A stretch of DNA of 64,000 bases. It comes from Alphaproteobacteria bacterium. Its GTDB lineage: Bacteria > Pseudomonadota > Alphaproteobacteria > CAAGCB01 > CAG-977. The position numbers and the translations under genes are program-made. Of this stretch, positions 28,668 to 39,533 are shown piece after piece; position 1 is the stretch's first letter, and each line of letters begins with the position of its first letter. Below the pieces are notes generated by a model that was not told the DNA's origin, searched no databases, and was given only the letters and a program-made list of their open reading frames with translations. The stretch lies in assembly GCA_900768875.1 (NCBI GenBank), contig CAAGEP010000003.1, positions 400,365 to 464,364 on the forward strand, given 5' to 3'.

Positions 28668-28925
28668 ATGTTTATCGGACGTTTTTTCGGTTGGCTTTTG
28701 TTACTTACCGCCGTTGTTACCGCATCCGCGGAGGCTGTCGCCGCTTTGGGGACGGGCGAATATATCGGCATTGCCACAGCGGACGTTGTTACGATTATAA
28801 CGGGAATAAGCCCGCAAACACCTTTGCTGAGATGTCCTGCATGGGTGTCTTTGGCCGTCGTCGGCATTGCGCTGATGTTTATGTGCAGAAAAAAAACGTA
28901 CCGTTCGTCATTCGGTTCAAAATAA
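28668..28925 (+). CDS. Small membrane protein (85 aa), unknown function
   Basis: Two hydrophobic segments. Start chosen at an internal Met of the 115-aa ORF. Confidence 0.4.
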   Translation: MFIGRFFGWLLLLTAVVTASAEAVAALGTGEYIGIATADVVTIITGISPQTPLLRCPAWVSLAVVGIALMFMCRKKTYRSSFGSK

Positions 28926-28985
28926 AGAAAACGCCCCCTTTTTCGGGAAGTTTTTTTGTGGGGATGAAGCGGCGTTCTCTATTTT

Positions 28986-29645
28986 TTAACGAAACTCCGC
29001 CAAAACCTGCTTTATCAACGGAATCGTTATGGCGTTTTTGCGTTCCAGCGACAATTCGTCGGCGCGTTTAACGATAAAAGATACGGCTTTAAACGACCGT
29101 TCCATATTCTTTGTCAAATAAGCAATGACCTCCGGCGCAACGGTCAGCTGCCGATCCGCAAACTGTTTCAGCAACAAAGCGTTTAACAAGCTTTCGTCGG
29201 GTTCGCCTATGGCAACGCTCGGCACAGCTTTCAGCCGCGTTATCAAATCGGGCAGATGCAATCCCCATTGAGCCGAAGCGCTTTCCGCCGTCATCAGCAA
29301 ATAACCGTTGCGGTTTTTAAAGTCGTTCAAACAATGAAAAAGCGCTGTTTCATCAACAGGAAGAGTGATTTTCAGCACCGCGTATTTCGCTTCAATTAAA
29401 TCCGGTTTTGTCAAAAAAGCAGTTTGTTTGCCCGTTTTTTCATGCACAACTTCCGCAAACAGGCGGGACAAATGGGTTTTGCCGCATCCTTTTTCGCCGT
29501 AAATCAATCCCGCATAAAATCCCGACTTGGAAAAGCCGTCTATCATCGCGACGGCTTCGGCATTGCACGGCGCGGTCAAAAAATCCGCCCGTCCGTTTAA
29601 CACCCTAACATCAAAAGAAAAAGCAGACTGATGCAGCTCAGCCAT
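28986..29645 (-). CDS. hdaA: DnaA-related regulatory inactivator, HdaA-like
   Basis: About 219 aa. Walker A GEKGCGKTHLS. Size and position next to the AI-2E permease match Hda loci. Start at Met31 of the ORF, overlapping the permease stop by 8 nt. Confidence 0.75.
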   Translation of the reverse strand: MAELHQSAFSFDVRVLNGRADFLTAPCNAEAVAMIDGFSKSGFYAGLIYGEKGCGKTHLSRLFAEVVHEKTGKQTAFLTKPDLIEAKYAVLKITLPVDETALFHCLNDFKNRNGYLLMTAESASAQWGLHLPDLITRLKAVPSVAIGEPDESLLNALLLKQFADRQLTVAPEVIAYLTKNMERSFKAVSFIVKRADELSLERKNAITIPLIKQVLAEFR

Positions 29646-30699
29646 CGTTTTCACCCAAATAAAGCGGGCTGGCTTTGTATTTTTCAATACCGAAACGCAC
29701 CAAAACACCGATGACGGCGGCAACGGGAACGGCAATCAAAACGCCCAAAAAGCCGAACAAAGCCGCCCCCGCCAACAAAGCGAACATCACCCATACGGGA
29801 GCAAGTCCGACTTTTTCCCCGACCAACTTCGGGGTTAAAAAATTGCCTTCCAACATCTGCCCCAGGAAAAATATCACCATAACAATCGCGGTTCTGTGCC
29901 AATCGGAAAACTGAACACAGCTCAACCCGACGCTGATGACAAACCCCGTTGTCGATCCGACATAGGGAATAAAGGACAATGCACCGATTCCCAAACCGAT
30001 AAGCAATCCCAAATCCAGTCCCGCCGCGCTCAGCCCGACGGCGTAAAACACGCCCAAGCATAAACAAACCATCGCCTGCCCGCGAATAAATCCGGACAAT
30101 ATGTCATTCATTTGACTCAGCAAAGACCGAATGACCGCCGCTTCGTTTCGGGGAAACAAATCTTTGATTTCCGCACAGAAAACTTCCCAATCCCGCAACA
30201 GATAAAACGTCACAACCGGCGTTACAATCAGCAAAGACAGAATGTTGAGCAACGCAACACTGCGGGATACCAGCCGTCCGATTGCCGTAAATGCGAATTT
30301 GACCGTTCCCGACAAATGTTCGGCAACGGAATCTTTCAAATTGGCGGCTTGTTTGGGCAGATAGTCTTTCAAGTCTTCCAAAAACGGGGCAATCTTCTGC
30401 CACAATAAAGTCACATACACGGGGACGTTTTCAACGAATGAAGCCAGTTGCTTTTGCACAATCGGCAAAACAATCAGCAACGCCAACAGACACAGCAGAA
30501 CGAAACAGCCGAACACAATCACAACCGCCGCAGTCCGCGAATGAATCTTTTCTTCCAGTTTTGTCGTTGCGGGGTCAAGGAAATACGCCAAAACAATGCC
30601 CGCCGCAAACGGCAGCAACACGTCGCGCAACACATACACGCCCGCAAAAAACAACAGAAAAACGAACGTCCAAAAAACTATTTTTTGCGTTTTTGTCAT
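29638..30699 (-). CDS. AI-2E family transporter (PerM/UPF0118 permease)
   Basis: 353 aa, polytopic, with characteristic family segments (FIPYVGS, GEKVGLAPVWV). Confidence 0.85.
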   Translation of the reverse strand: MTKTQKIVFWTFVFLLFFAGVYVLRDVLLPFAAGIVLAYFLDPATTKLEEKIHSRTAAVVIVFGCFVLLCLLALLIVLPIVQKQLASFVENVPVYVTLLWQKIAPFLEDLKDYLPKQAANLKDSVAEHLSGTVKFAFTAIGRLVSRSVALLNILSLLIVTPVVTFYLLRDWEVFCAEIKDLFPRNEAAVIRSLLSQMNDILSGFIRGQAMVCLCLGVFYAVGLSAAGLDLGLLIGLGIGALSFIPYVGSTTGFVISVGLSCVQFSDWHRTAIVMVIFFLGQMLEGNFLTPKLVGEKVGLAPVWVMFALLAGAALFGFLGVLIAVPVAAVIGVLVRFGIEKYKASPLYLGENDG

Positions 30700-30717
30700 T
30701 GCCGCCGCCTTAAAGTC

Positions 30718-31869
30718 TTATTGAGCCGACGCCGGCATCATCGTCGCGGCATCGGTATTTTTAACCGGTGAATTCAAATAACTGATGCGTTCAGCCGCCT
30801 GCAATTTGAACACCCCTGACGGCAACACTGTCAGTTTCAGCATCCTTTTCGCCATTTCTTTTTGCAAGCGATCCAGATTTTCTGCAAAGAAAATCGTCAG
30901 CTGAAGCACGCCTGCCCGCGCGGCTTGCAGATTGTAAGAGCTGATAAGCGGAATCCTGTCCAACCTCTTTTGAATAACCGTCCATTGCTTGACGGTGGAA
31001 ACGGGAACCATTGCAACCAGCGGAGTTACTTCGTTAAACTGTACCATTTGATCGCGCTTCCATACGTTTTCCAAGTGATTCACAACTTTTTTCACCGCAT
31101 TGGCGTATGTCGCGGCGGTATTTTTTTTCAGCGGAAGCGTAAAAGAAAAGTTTTTGATTTCGGAAGCAGTCGCTTCGTCCATCGCCATCGCATCAACGGT
31201 AAAGACGGCTCCGTTGCGGGTCATTCTGACGACCAAAATCCCTTCGGCCTCATAGCGTTTTGCAAGATTTTCCGCCGCTTTCAAATCGCCTTGAACAACC
31301 TGTTCGACATTCAGCAGATTGTTGTCCGCCAAATCCCCCGCGGGAACGGTCAACGGAATCATATAGCTTTCCACCGTTCGGTTGTTCCACGCGCGCAGCC
31401 ACGGATTGTCTTCATCCCACAAAACGGGCGAAGCGGCAGGACTGCGTTTGTAAACGGGTAAAATCAACAGCTGTTTGCCCGACGTGCGGACATAAGGCAA
31501 ACCGTTTTGACGCAGCAAATCGCGCACGGCGTCGGCGTTGAAACTGACATCCAAAGTCGCCATATAGCGCACGGACGACGTTTTTTCGTTGGAAACGCTC
31601 ATATCCCGCACCATATTGATGATATCGTCGGGAACCAGCTCGGTCAGCTGTTCGACGACATAGTCGGGGGTTATTCGCTCCATAACAACCATCAGAGCGC
31701 GCTTTTGTCCGTCCTGCAAAGCCTGTTCGCGGGCTTTGGCAGCGGTTTCCGCGGTTACATTGACTTTGATTCCGCCGGCGGAAAACATTTTTGAATCGGC
31801 GGGAGCCGCCCGAACGCCCGTCGCGACGGACAGGCTGAAAAGCAACATTGTCAGAAATACTTTCATCAA
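30718..31869 (-). CDS. Secreted protein, possibly DUF2066 family
   Basis: Signal peptide. The assignment rests on size and on recalled synteny with perM/hda in other proteobacteria, not on a motif match. Confidence 0.45.
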   Translation of the reverse strand: MMKVFLTMLLFSLSVATGVRAAPADSKMFSAGGIKVNVTAETAAKAREQALQDGQKRALMVVMERITPDYVVEQLTELVPDDIINMVRDMSVSNEKTSSVRYMATLDVSFNADAVRDLLRQNGLPYVRTSGKQLLILPVYKRSPAASPVLWDEDNPWLRAWNNRTVESYMIPLTVPAGDLADNNLLNVEQVVQGDLKAAENLAKRYEAEGILVVRMTRNGAVFTVDAMAMDEATASEIKNFSFTLPLKKNTAATYANAVKKVVNHLENVWKRDQMVQFNEVTPLVAMVPVSTVKQWTVIQKRLDRIPLISSYNLQAARAGVLQLTIFFAENLDRLQKEMAKRMLKLTVLPSGVFKLQAAERISYLNSPVKNTDAATMMPASAQ

Positions 31870-31894
31870 GGAGACTCCCGCTTTTTTTCAGAGA

Positions 31895-32317
31895 TTAACC
31901 GACGATTTCACATTCGGAGAAGTAGAACGAAATTTCGCGTTTCGCGCTGGCTTCGGAATCCGAACCGTGAACCGAATTGGCTTCCATGGATTCGGCAAAC
32001 GTTTTGCGAACGGTGCCTTCGGCGGCTTTTTCGGGATTGGTCGCGCCCATGACTTCGCGGTTTTTCGCAATGGCGTCTTCCCCTTCCAAGACTTGAACGA
32101 CGATGGGGCCCGACGTCATGAAATCGACCAAGCTGCCGTAGAACGGTTTGTCTTTGTGTTCGATATAGAACGCTTTGGCCAGTTCCGGCGTCAAGCGGAT
32201 ACGCTTCTGCGCGACGATGCGCAGACCGTTGGCTTCAAACATGGCGTTGATTTTTCCCGTCAGATTGCGGCGGGTGGCATCGGGTTTAATCATGGAAAGT
32301 GTGCGTTGTACAGTCAT
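31895..32317 (-). CDS. ndk: Nucleoside diphosphate kinase
   Basis: 140 aa. [10 protein letters not shown] and NSVHGSDS active-site motifs. Confidence 0.97.
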   Translation of the reverse strand: MTVQRTLSMIKPDATRRNLTGKINAMFEANGLRIVAQKRIRLTPELAKAFYIEHKDKPFYGSLVDFMTSGPIVVQVLEGEDAIAKNREVMGATNPEKAAEGTVRKTFAESMEANSVHGSDSEASAKREISFYFSECEIVG

Positions 32318-32386
32318 AACAGTCCTCTGTTGTTAAAGTTAAAAATATGTTTTCTTTATACTCGGTGAACGCGCGCGTTTCAACCG

Positions 32387-33034
32387 TCATTTTCGGGCAA
32401 AGAAATCTTTTACTTCGGCATCCAGCAGGCTCAGCTGATAGTCCGACAGGTGCTTTTTGGCGATTTCCAGCCCCTTTGAGGCTTTTTCATCGTTGTTTTT
32501 TGCCGCCAAAGACAGCCAGAAGTATGCCTGCTCCCAGTCATTCGACATGAGTGAATACAGCCCCAAATCCCTTTGCGCCTGCTGACAGCCGTGATACGCC
32601 GTTTCCGTCAGCAAAGCGGTCGCCCGTCCTTTCGGCAGAGCTTTGATTTCGCCGCGAAACGCCATGCGCGCGGTTTTGTACTTTGCTTCGATTAAAGCGT
32701 CCGCCGCCCTGTTGTAGTTTTCAAAAGCAAGCGTTGCGTCGCGATTCGTCCCCCACCCGTTATAGTATAATTCACCCAACAGATATTGCGCTTTCGGATA
32801 GCCGCGGCGCGCGGGATAAATCAGGGTGTCAAAAGCCTCCTCATAGCGTTTTGCGGAAAACAAAGCCTCTCCTTCCTGCAAAGCATCGGCAAAATCCTGC
32901 TCGGTAACGGGGATTTTTGGCGTCAAAGCGTACCACGCCGCCGCCGCACCCAGCGCAAACGTGAACAATCCCGCCGCGACAGCCGCGCGGTACTGGATAA
33001 AAAACACTTTCAGATAATACAAGCGGTTTGACAT
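32387..33034 (-). CDS. Membrane-anchored Sel1-repeat protein
   Basis: N-terminal TM helix. Sel1 repeats (AQYLLGELYYNGWGTNRD, AQRDLGLYS). Confidence 0.65.
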   Translation of the reverse strand: MSNRLYYLKVFFIQYRAAVAAGLFTFALGAAAAWYALTPKIPVTEQDFADALQEGEALFSAKRYEEAFDTLIYPARRGYPKAQYLLGELYYNGWGTNRDATLAFENYNRAADALIEAKYKTARMAFRGEIKALPKGRATALLTETAYHGCQQAQRDLGLYSLMSNDWEQAYFWLSLAAKNNDEKASKGLEIAKKHLSDYQLSLLDAEVKDFFARK

Positions 33035-33115
33035 TCACGAGCCTGAAAAAAAATTCCGCTTTTATATTAAGCAAATCTTTTCTTTTGTAAAGTGATACGG
33101 TAAAGTCTGCGCATT

Positions 33116-35002
33116 ATGATAGACATAAACGACATTACATTGCGGTTTGGGGGGCGTTTGCTGTTTGACGGCGCGTCCGCCCACATTTCCGACGGACAAA
33201 GGGTCGGCTTGACGGGGCGCAACGGCACGGGCAAAACCACTTTGTTCAAGATGATTCAAGGCTTGCTGCCCTGCGACGACGGCGAAATCCGCCTGACCAA
33301 AGGGCAAAAGCTCGCCTCTGTCGCTCAGGAAATCCCCGACGGCGACATTTCCCTGCTGGACTGCGTACTGCGCGCGGACACCGAACGTACCGCTTTGCTG
33401 AAAGCTTTGGATGAGGCGGAACAAGCAAACGACGGCGTCAAAATCGGCGAAATCCACGAACGGCTGAACGTCATCGGGGCGGCATCCGCCGAATCGCGCG
33501 CGGCTTCGATTTTGTACGGACTGGGTTTTTCCGAAGAAAACCAAAAGCGTCCCGTTTCGGCGTTTTCGGGCGGCTGGAGAATGCGTGTCGCGCTTGCGGC
33601 GGCTTTGTTTGTGCCGTCCGACGTTTTGCTGCTGGACGAACCGACCAACCATTTGGATTTGGAAGCGACGCTGTGGCTGGAAAACTATCTGTCGCGCTAT
33701 GCGGGAACGCTGGTTGTCATCAGCCACGACCGTTCTTTGCTGAATCATTTGTGCGACCACATTTTGCACATTGAGGGCTTGAAAATCATCAGCTACGGCG
33801 GCAACTACGATGCTTTTGAACAAACGCGGGCTTTACAGCGCGAAAACGAACAAAAGCAAGCCGAAAAGACCGAGGAAGCCCGCAAACACCTGCAGGAATT
33901 CGTCGACCGCTTCCGCTACAAGGCAAGCAAAGCCAAACAAGCGCAAAGCCGTGTAAAAATGCTGGAAAAACTGCCGCCGAAAACCGTTTTCGTCAACGAA
34001 GCGGAAATGCATTTTACCTTTCCGTCGCCGAACGAACTGCCCTCGCCTTTGGTGAAAATCGAAGACGGAGCGGTCGGCTATGACGGCACGCCCGTTTTGT
34101 CGCGTTTGAATCTGCGCATCGACGCGGACGATCGAATCGCTTTGTTGGGCGCGAACGGCAACGGCAAATCGACTTTTGCCAAACTGCTGGCGGGCAAGCT
34201 GAAGCTGATGAACGGCACGATTCAAATGTCGTCGAAACTGCAGGTCGGCTACTACGCCCAGCACCAGACCGAAGAACTTTCGACAGGGCTGACGGCATAC
34301 GAACAACTGCGTCAAACCATGAAAGACGCGACGGAAACGCAAGTCCGCGCGCACTTGGGGCGGTTCGGGCTGACTCAGCAAAAGGCGGACACCAAAATCG
34401 CACAGCTGTCGGGCGGCGAAAAAGCGCGCCTGCTGTTCGCGATGATGAGCCGCAACGCCCCGCACATTCTGCTGTTGGACGAACCGACGAACCACTTGGA
34501 CATTGACGCGCGCGACGCGCTGGTCGAAGCGATTAACGGCTACCAAGGCGCGGTGATTTTGATTACGCATGATCCGAACTTGATTGAATTGACGGCGGAC
34601 AGGCTTTGGCTGATTGACGGCGGACGGTGCAAAGCGTTTGACGGCGATTTGAACGACTACCGGGCTTTGCTGGCTGAAAAAGCGAAAGTGCAAGCGGCGG
34701 GCAGCGCGTCCAAAACCGAAATGCCGACTGTTTCGCGCAAAGACGAACGCCGCGAAGCCGCCGAAAAACGCCAACAGCTTGCCCCGATACGCAAAAAGGT
34801 CAAGGAATTGGAAGCCCGTTTGGAAAAACTGAACGATCAGCGCGATCAAATCATGCAGCTGCTGGAAGACCCGACCATGTATATGATTGGTCTGAACGGA
34901 CAAAAAGTCAGAAATCTGCAAATAACATTGGCGCAGTTGGATGCGGAAATCGAAGAAACGGAAAACGACTGGCTGGAACAGTCGGCTTTACTGGACGCAT
35001 AA
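33116..35002 (+). CDS. ABC-F family ATPase (two ABC cassettes plus a C-terminal coiled coil, no TMD)
   Basis: 628 aa. Two Walker A motifs (GRNGTGKTT, GANGNGKST), two LSGG signatures, and a linker. Confidence 0.9.
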   Translation: MIDINDITLRFGGRLLFDGASAHISDGQRVGLTGRNGTGKTTLFKMIQGLLPCDDGEIRLTKGQKLASVAQEIPDGDISLLDCVLRADTERTALLKALDEAEQANDGVKIGEIHERLNVIGAASAESRAASILYGLGFSEENQKRPVSAFSGGWRMRVALAAALFVPSDVLLLDEPTNHLDLEATLWLENYLSRYAGTLVVISHDRSLLNHLCDHILHIEGLKIISYGGNYDAFEQTRALQRENEQKQAEKTEEARKHLQEFVDRFRYKASKAKQAQSRVKMLEKLPPKTVFVNEAEMHFTFPSPNELPSPLVKIEDGAVGYDGTPVLSRLNLRIDADDRIALLGANGNGKSTFAKLLAGKLKLMNGTIQMSSKLQVGYYAQHQTEELSTGLTAYEQLRQTMKDATETQVRAHLGRFGLTQQKADTKIAQLSGGEKARLLFAMMSRNAPHILLLDEPTNHLDIDARDALVEAINGYQGAVILITHDPNLIELTADRLWLIDGGRCKAFDGDLNDYRALLAEKAKVQAAGSASKTEMPTVSRKDERREAAEKRQQLAPIRKKVKELEARLEKLNDQRDQIMQLLEDPTMYMIGLNGQKVRNLQITLAQLDAEIEETENDWLEQSALLDA

Positions 35003-35016
35003 AGTTTTTACAAAAT

Positions 35017-35050
35017 GAAAAAGCGGAGGCCGAAACCTCCGCTTTTTTTG
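35017..35050. terminator. Bidirectional terminator between ABC-F and the TolC-like gene
   Basis: agcggagg/cctccgct hairpin with flanking A and T runs. Confidence 0.65.
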
Positions 35051-36430
35051 TCAGAACTTGCCGATTGCGCGGTACAGATTCGATTTCCCGACCAAAACGG
35101 TATAAAACGACGTAATCAGTTCTTGGCGCGCGGTCGCCAGTTGCGCCTGAACGGTCAGCAGGTTCAACAGCGTTTCTTTGCCCGCCCGATAGGACGCGCG
35201 GGACACGCGTTCGTTTTCTTCCGCCGATTTTAAGACGTCCTGGTTAATCGTGTAAGACGCCAGCGCAGTTTTATAATCCTGATACGCCGACCAGACTTCG
35301 TTTTTAACCGCGTCTTCGGTGCTTTTTTCCTGCCAGACGGCTTGGCGATAGTCGTAGCGCGCCTTTGCCAGAGCGTAGGATTTGGAAAAGCCTTCGAACA
35401 ACGGAACGTTCAGCACCACGCCGACATCGCCGCCGTAAGTGTAGGGATACCCGTCTTTAAAAGGTTTGTCGTCTTTCCACCGGTCGGCATAGGACGCGTT
35501 CGCCGTCAAAGCCAACGTCGGCGCCATCGCGGATTTCGCGGCGTCTATTCCCGCCGAAGCCGCCGCTTTGGCTTTTGCCGCGCCTTTGATTTCGGGACGC
35601 AGATCCAACGCCAGCTTTATCATCTTTTGCACGGGCATTTTTTCCGCCAACGCGGTTGAACCGTCGTCTTTTTTCGGCACGACCGGAGAGAACTTCGTTT
35701 CGGGCGGCAGGTTCAGCAACGTCGCCAGATTCGCCTGATTCTTTTCAATCGTGTTTTGCGCCGCCGTCACCGCCAGCTTGGAACGCAGATACGTTGTCTT
35801 CGCCAACAATAAATCGGACGTCGCCGCTTTGCCGACCTGATATTTCTTTTGCGTTTCGTCGTATGATTTTTTATAGGACGCGACGCTGGTTTCGGCGGAT
35901 TTCAAAACCTCTTTCGCGCTCAGCAAATCCATGTACGCGCTGTGAACGCCCAGCACCAAATCGTGCAAAGCCGCATTGTAGCCGAACGCCGCCTGCTCCA
36001 TATACGCTTTCATCATATCCGTTGACGCGGAACGTCCGCCGAAATCCAACAGCAGCCAGTTCAAAGCGACGTTAATCGAATACGGCTTGGCTTTCATATC
36101 TTTATAGACATTGGCGTTCGGTTCGTCATATTCGCCTTTGCTGTGTGCAGCCGTCGCAACCGCCGTCAGATTGACGTTCGGCAGATAAGCGGCTTTGCTT
36201 GCGCCGAATCCCGCTTCCGCCGATTTGACCGCCATAAAGGTGCGGTTCAAGTCGGGGTTGTTGCACACGCCGATTTGAATCAAGTCGTTCAACCCCAGCT
36301 TGCCTTTGACATTCACTTTCGACAGGCAGTTTTCAGGGGCTTTTTGCGTATAAACCGACATCGGGTCGAACGCGTTCGCGGGGGCGGTCAAAAGCGCCGC
36401 GACGCCAGCCGTTAACAACATCTTTTTCAT
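35051..36430 (-). CDS. TolC-family outer membrane efflux protein
   Basis: 459 aa with a signal peptide. Duplicated OEP-repeat architecture. Overlaps the RND gene stop by 4 nt. Confidence 0.85.
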   Translation of the reverse strand: MKKMLLTAGVAALLTAPANAFDPMSVYTQKAPENCLSKVNVKGKLGLNDLIQIGVCNNPDLNRTFMAVKSAEAGFGASKAAYLPNVNLTAVATAAHSKGEYDEPNANVYKDMKAKPYSINVALNWLLLDFGGRSASTDMMKAYMEQAAFGYNAALHDLVLGVHSAYMDLLSAKEVLKSAETSVASYKKSYDETQKKYQVGKAATSDLLLAKTTYLRSKLAVTAAQNTIEKNQANLATLLNLPPETKFSPVVPKKDDGSTALAEKMPVQKMIKLALDLRPEIKGAAKAKAAASAGIDAAKSAMAPTLALTANASYADRWKDDKPFKDGYPYTYGGDVGVVLNVPLFEGFSKSYALAKARYDYRQAVWQEKSTEDAVKNEVWSAYQDYKTALASYTINQDVLKSAEENERVSRASYRAGKETLLNLLTVQAQLATARQELITSFYTVLVGKSNLYRAIGKF

Positions 36431-39400
36431 TTGTTTCCTTTCTTCATCGCCTTGTCGGCAAGGGTTTGAACCAAAACGTACAACAGCGGAATGACAAACA
36501 ATCCGACCAGCGTGCCGACCAGCATGCCGTAAAACACGGGCGTGCCGATCGCCTGTCGGCTGTTCGCGCCCGCGCCCGTCGCGTTAATCATCGGGAACAC
36601 CCCCAAAATGAACGCGAAAGCCGTCATCAAAACCGCGCGGAACCGTTCGCGCAAAGCGTACATCGCCGCGCGCGGGACGGTCATGTTCAGCCCTTGGCGG
36701 GCGTCACGGGCGAATTCGACGATCAAAATCGCGTTCTTGCTCGCCAATCCGACCAGCATGACGATCCCCAACTGCGCGTAAATCGACAAAGGCAGCCCCG
36801 TAATCAGCAGCCCCGCCAAAGCTCCCGCCGTCGCGACGGACACGGACATCAAAACGGGAATCGGCAAAATCCAGCTTTCATACAGCGACACAAGGAACAG
36901 ATAGGCGAAAACAACCGCCAGCGACAACAGCAAACCGATTTGCCCCTGATTGTTCTTTTCCTGATAGCTCATGCCCGACCATTCATAGGAAAATCCTTTG
37001 ACGCCTTTCATCAGGCTTTCCAGTTCCGCCATCGCTTCGCCCGACGACACCGCGGGATTTTGTCCCGCCGTGATGTCCGCGCTGGGATATTGGTTGTAGC
37101 GGGAAATCACGCGCGGGGACATGACTTGGGTCAAACCGACCAAAGCCCCCAAAGGCACTTTTTCGCCCGTCGTCGACGGAACGTAGATGTCGCGCATGCT
37201 TTCGACATCGTCGCGGAAACGCGCGTCCGACTGCACGACGACCTTGTTGACTTGCGTTCCGATATTGATGTCGTTGACGTACATCGATCCCAGATAGGCT
37301 TCCAAAGTCGAATAGAGGTTCGACAACGGCACGTTCATCGATTCCGCCTTTTCACGGTTGATTTCGATGAACACCGCAGGCGTTTTCGACGTGAACGTCG
37401 TAAAACCGTACAAAAACTTCGAGTTCGTATTGACTTTTCCCAACAGCTTTTGCGCTTCGGCGTCCAGCTTGGCGTAATCCATGCCCGACGTCATTTGCAG
37501 ACGGAAATCCATACCGCCCTGATTGCCCAAGCCCTGAATCGCGGGAAATTCAAAGAACTGCAATTCGGCTTCGGGCGTTTCGGCGGTCAGCTTCGCGCGC
37601 ATTTCGTTCATCAGATTGGTGGAATACAGCGACGGAGCTTTACGCTTGTCCCACGATTCCAAATCGACGATCACCATCGCCGTGTTTTCGGAACGCCCCG
37701 CCAGAATGCTGACGCCGACGACGCCGATCGACCCGCGCACGCCCTTTTGCGCCAGAATTTTTTCCGTCACTTTTTCAACAACCGCTTTGGTGCGGGCATA
37801 AGACGCGCCTTCGGGCAAAGTGATGTTCGCGATATAAACGCCCTGGTCTTCGCTCGGGACGAACGACGTGCCGTTCAGCTTGAACAAAGTGCCGTTCAAC
37901 GCCAGAATCACGCCGAAAATCAAAGCGATGACGCTGATGCGCCGCGCGAACAAAGCCGCCGTGCGCGCGTATCCGTTCGCCGTCGAATTGACGACGCGGT
38001 TGAACCATGCGAGCGGTCCTTTCTTTGCCGTCTTAAACGGTTTCAAAAAGTACGCGCACAAAACGGGCGACAATGTCAGCGCGTTCACCGCCGAAAACAC
38101 CAAAGACGTGCTGATGGTGATTGCGAACTGCTGGTAAATCTTGCCCGTGATGCCGCCCATGCAGGCAATGGGGACGAAAATCACGACCATGACCAGCGTT
38201 GTTGAAACCAGCGCGCCCGTGATTTCGCGCATGGTGCGCCGGGTCGCTTCCAACGGAGGGAGCTTTTCCTTTTCCATCAAATGCATCACGCGTTCGACAA
38301 CGACGATCGCGTCGTCGACGACCGCGCCGATCGCCAGAACCAGCCCGAACAAAGTGAACATGTTGATGCTGAATCCCAGCGCCAGCATGACGACCATCGT
38401 CGCCAAAATCGACACGGGGACGGCGATCAGCGGAACCAGCGTCGTGCGCCAGTTCTGCAAAAACACCCAACACACCAGAACGACCAGAACGAACGTTTCG
38501 AACAACGTGTGCAGCACTTCGGAAATCGACGCGTTGATGTAGTCGGTCGAATCATAGTTGAATTTGTATTCGACGCCTTCGGGCAGAGTTTCCTCCAACC
38601 GTTTCAATTCGGCGCGCAGTTTTTTCATCGATTCGACGGCGTTCGCGCCGGACGACAGCTTGACCTGCAGCGACACGGCGGGCGCGCCGTCGGCGAACGC
38701 GGAAATGCCGTAGGATTCCTCGCCGTACGCAACGTTCGCGATGTCTTTCAGACGCACCAGTCCGCCGTGTTCCGCCGTGCGGACGATGATTTCGCGAAAG
38801 TCTTTGACTTCGTTGATGCGCCCTTGGGTTTTCAGCGGATAGACCATTTGCGCGGAATCGTTCGGCGCGGCGCCCAGCTTGCCCAAAGTCGGCTGGTAGT
38901 TTTGCGACGAAATCGCGTTGCGGACGTCCGCCGCCGTGATGTTCAGCGCCGCCATTTTGTCCGAATTCAGCCAGACGCGCATGGCCGAACTGGCGGCGTA
39001 CACGTCAACGCCGCCCACGCCGTCAATGCGCGCCAAAGCCTCTTTGACGTTGTCGATGACATAGTCCGCCAGTTCAAGACTGGACAAAGCGTGCTTCGGC
39101 GACACGAACGAAATCATCGCCAGCATGTTGGTTGATTCGCGGGTGACGGTCACGCCCTGACGGATGACTTCGGTCGGCAGGGACGCGGTCGCGATCTGCA
39201 CGCGGTTCTGCACCTTGACCTGCGCCATATCGGGATCGACGCCCGTTTTGAACGTCACGGTCAGGGAATAGGTCGTATCTTCGGACGACGAGGACATGTA
39301 CAGCATATCTTCGACGCCGTTGACTTCGCGTTCGATGGGGATCGCGACCATTTTCGCGATCACGTCCGCGGACGCGCCGGGGTACGTCGCCGAAACCGTC

Positions 39401-39531
39401 ACGACGGGCGGCGTGATTTCGGGATACAGCGCGATCGGCAGCATTTTCAGCGACACCAACCCCGCCAAGCACATCACGATCGCGATGACGATCGCGAAAC
39501 GCGGGCGTTTCAGAAAGATTTCCGAAAACAT
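36427..39531 (-). CDS. RND (HAE1, AcrB/MexB-like) inner-membrane efflux pump
   Basis: 1034 aa, 12-TM AcrB architecture with conserved TM4 region GAVVDDAIVVVE. Confidence 0.95.
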   Translation of the reverse strand: MFSEIFLKRPRFAIVIAIVMCLAGLVSLKMLPIALYPEITPPVVTVSATYPGASADVIAKMVAIPIEREVNGVEDMLYMSSSSEDTTYSLTVTFKTGVDPDMAQVKVQNRVQIATASLPTEVIRQGVTVTRESTNMLAMISFVSPKHALSSLELADYVIDNVKEALARIDGVGGVDVYAASSAMRVWLNSDKMAALNITAADVRNAISSQNYQPTLGKLGAAPNDSAQMVYPLKTQGRINEVKDFREIIVRTAEHGGLVRLKDIANVAYGEESYGISAFADGAPAVSLQVKLSSGANAVESMKKLRAELKRLEETLPEGVEYKFNYDSTDYINASISEVLHTLFETFVLVVLVCWVFLQNWRTTLVPLIAVPVSILATMVVMLALGFSINMFTLFGLVLAIGAVVDDAIVVVERVMHLMEKEKLPPLEATRRTMREITGALVSTTLVMVVIFVPIACMGGITGKIYQQFAITISTSLVFSAVNALTLSPVLCAYFLKPFKTAKKGPLAWFNRVVNSTANGYARTAALFARRISVIALIFGVILALNGTLFKLNGTSFVPSEDQGVYIANITLPEGASYARTKAVVEKVTEKILAQKGVRGSIGVVGVSILAGRSENTAMVIVDLESWDKRKAPSLYSTNLMNEMRAKLTAETPEAELQFFEFPAIQGLGNQGGMDFRLQMTSGMDYAKLDAEAQKLLGKVNTNSKFLYGFTTFTSKTPAVFIEINREKAESMNVPLSNLYSTLEAYLGSMYVNDINIGTQVNKVVVQSDARFRDDVESMRDIYVPSTTGEKVPLGALVGLTQVMSPRVISRYNQYPSADITAGQNPAVSSGEAMAELESLMKGVKGFSYEWSGMSYQEKNNQGQIGLLLSLAVVFAYLFLVSLYESWILPIPVLMSVSVATAGALAGLLITGLPLSIYAQLGIVMLVGLASKNAILIVEFARDARQGLNMTVPRAAMYALRERFRAVLMTAFAFILGVFPMINATGAGANSRQAIGTPVFYGMLVGTLVGLFVIPLLYVLVQTLADKAMKKGNK

Positions 39532-39533
39532 CT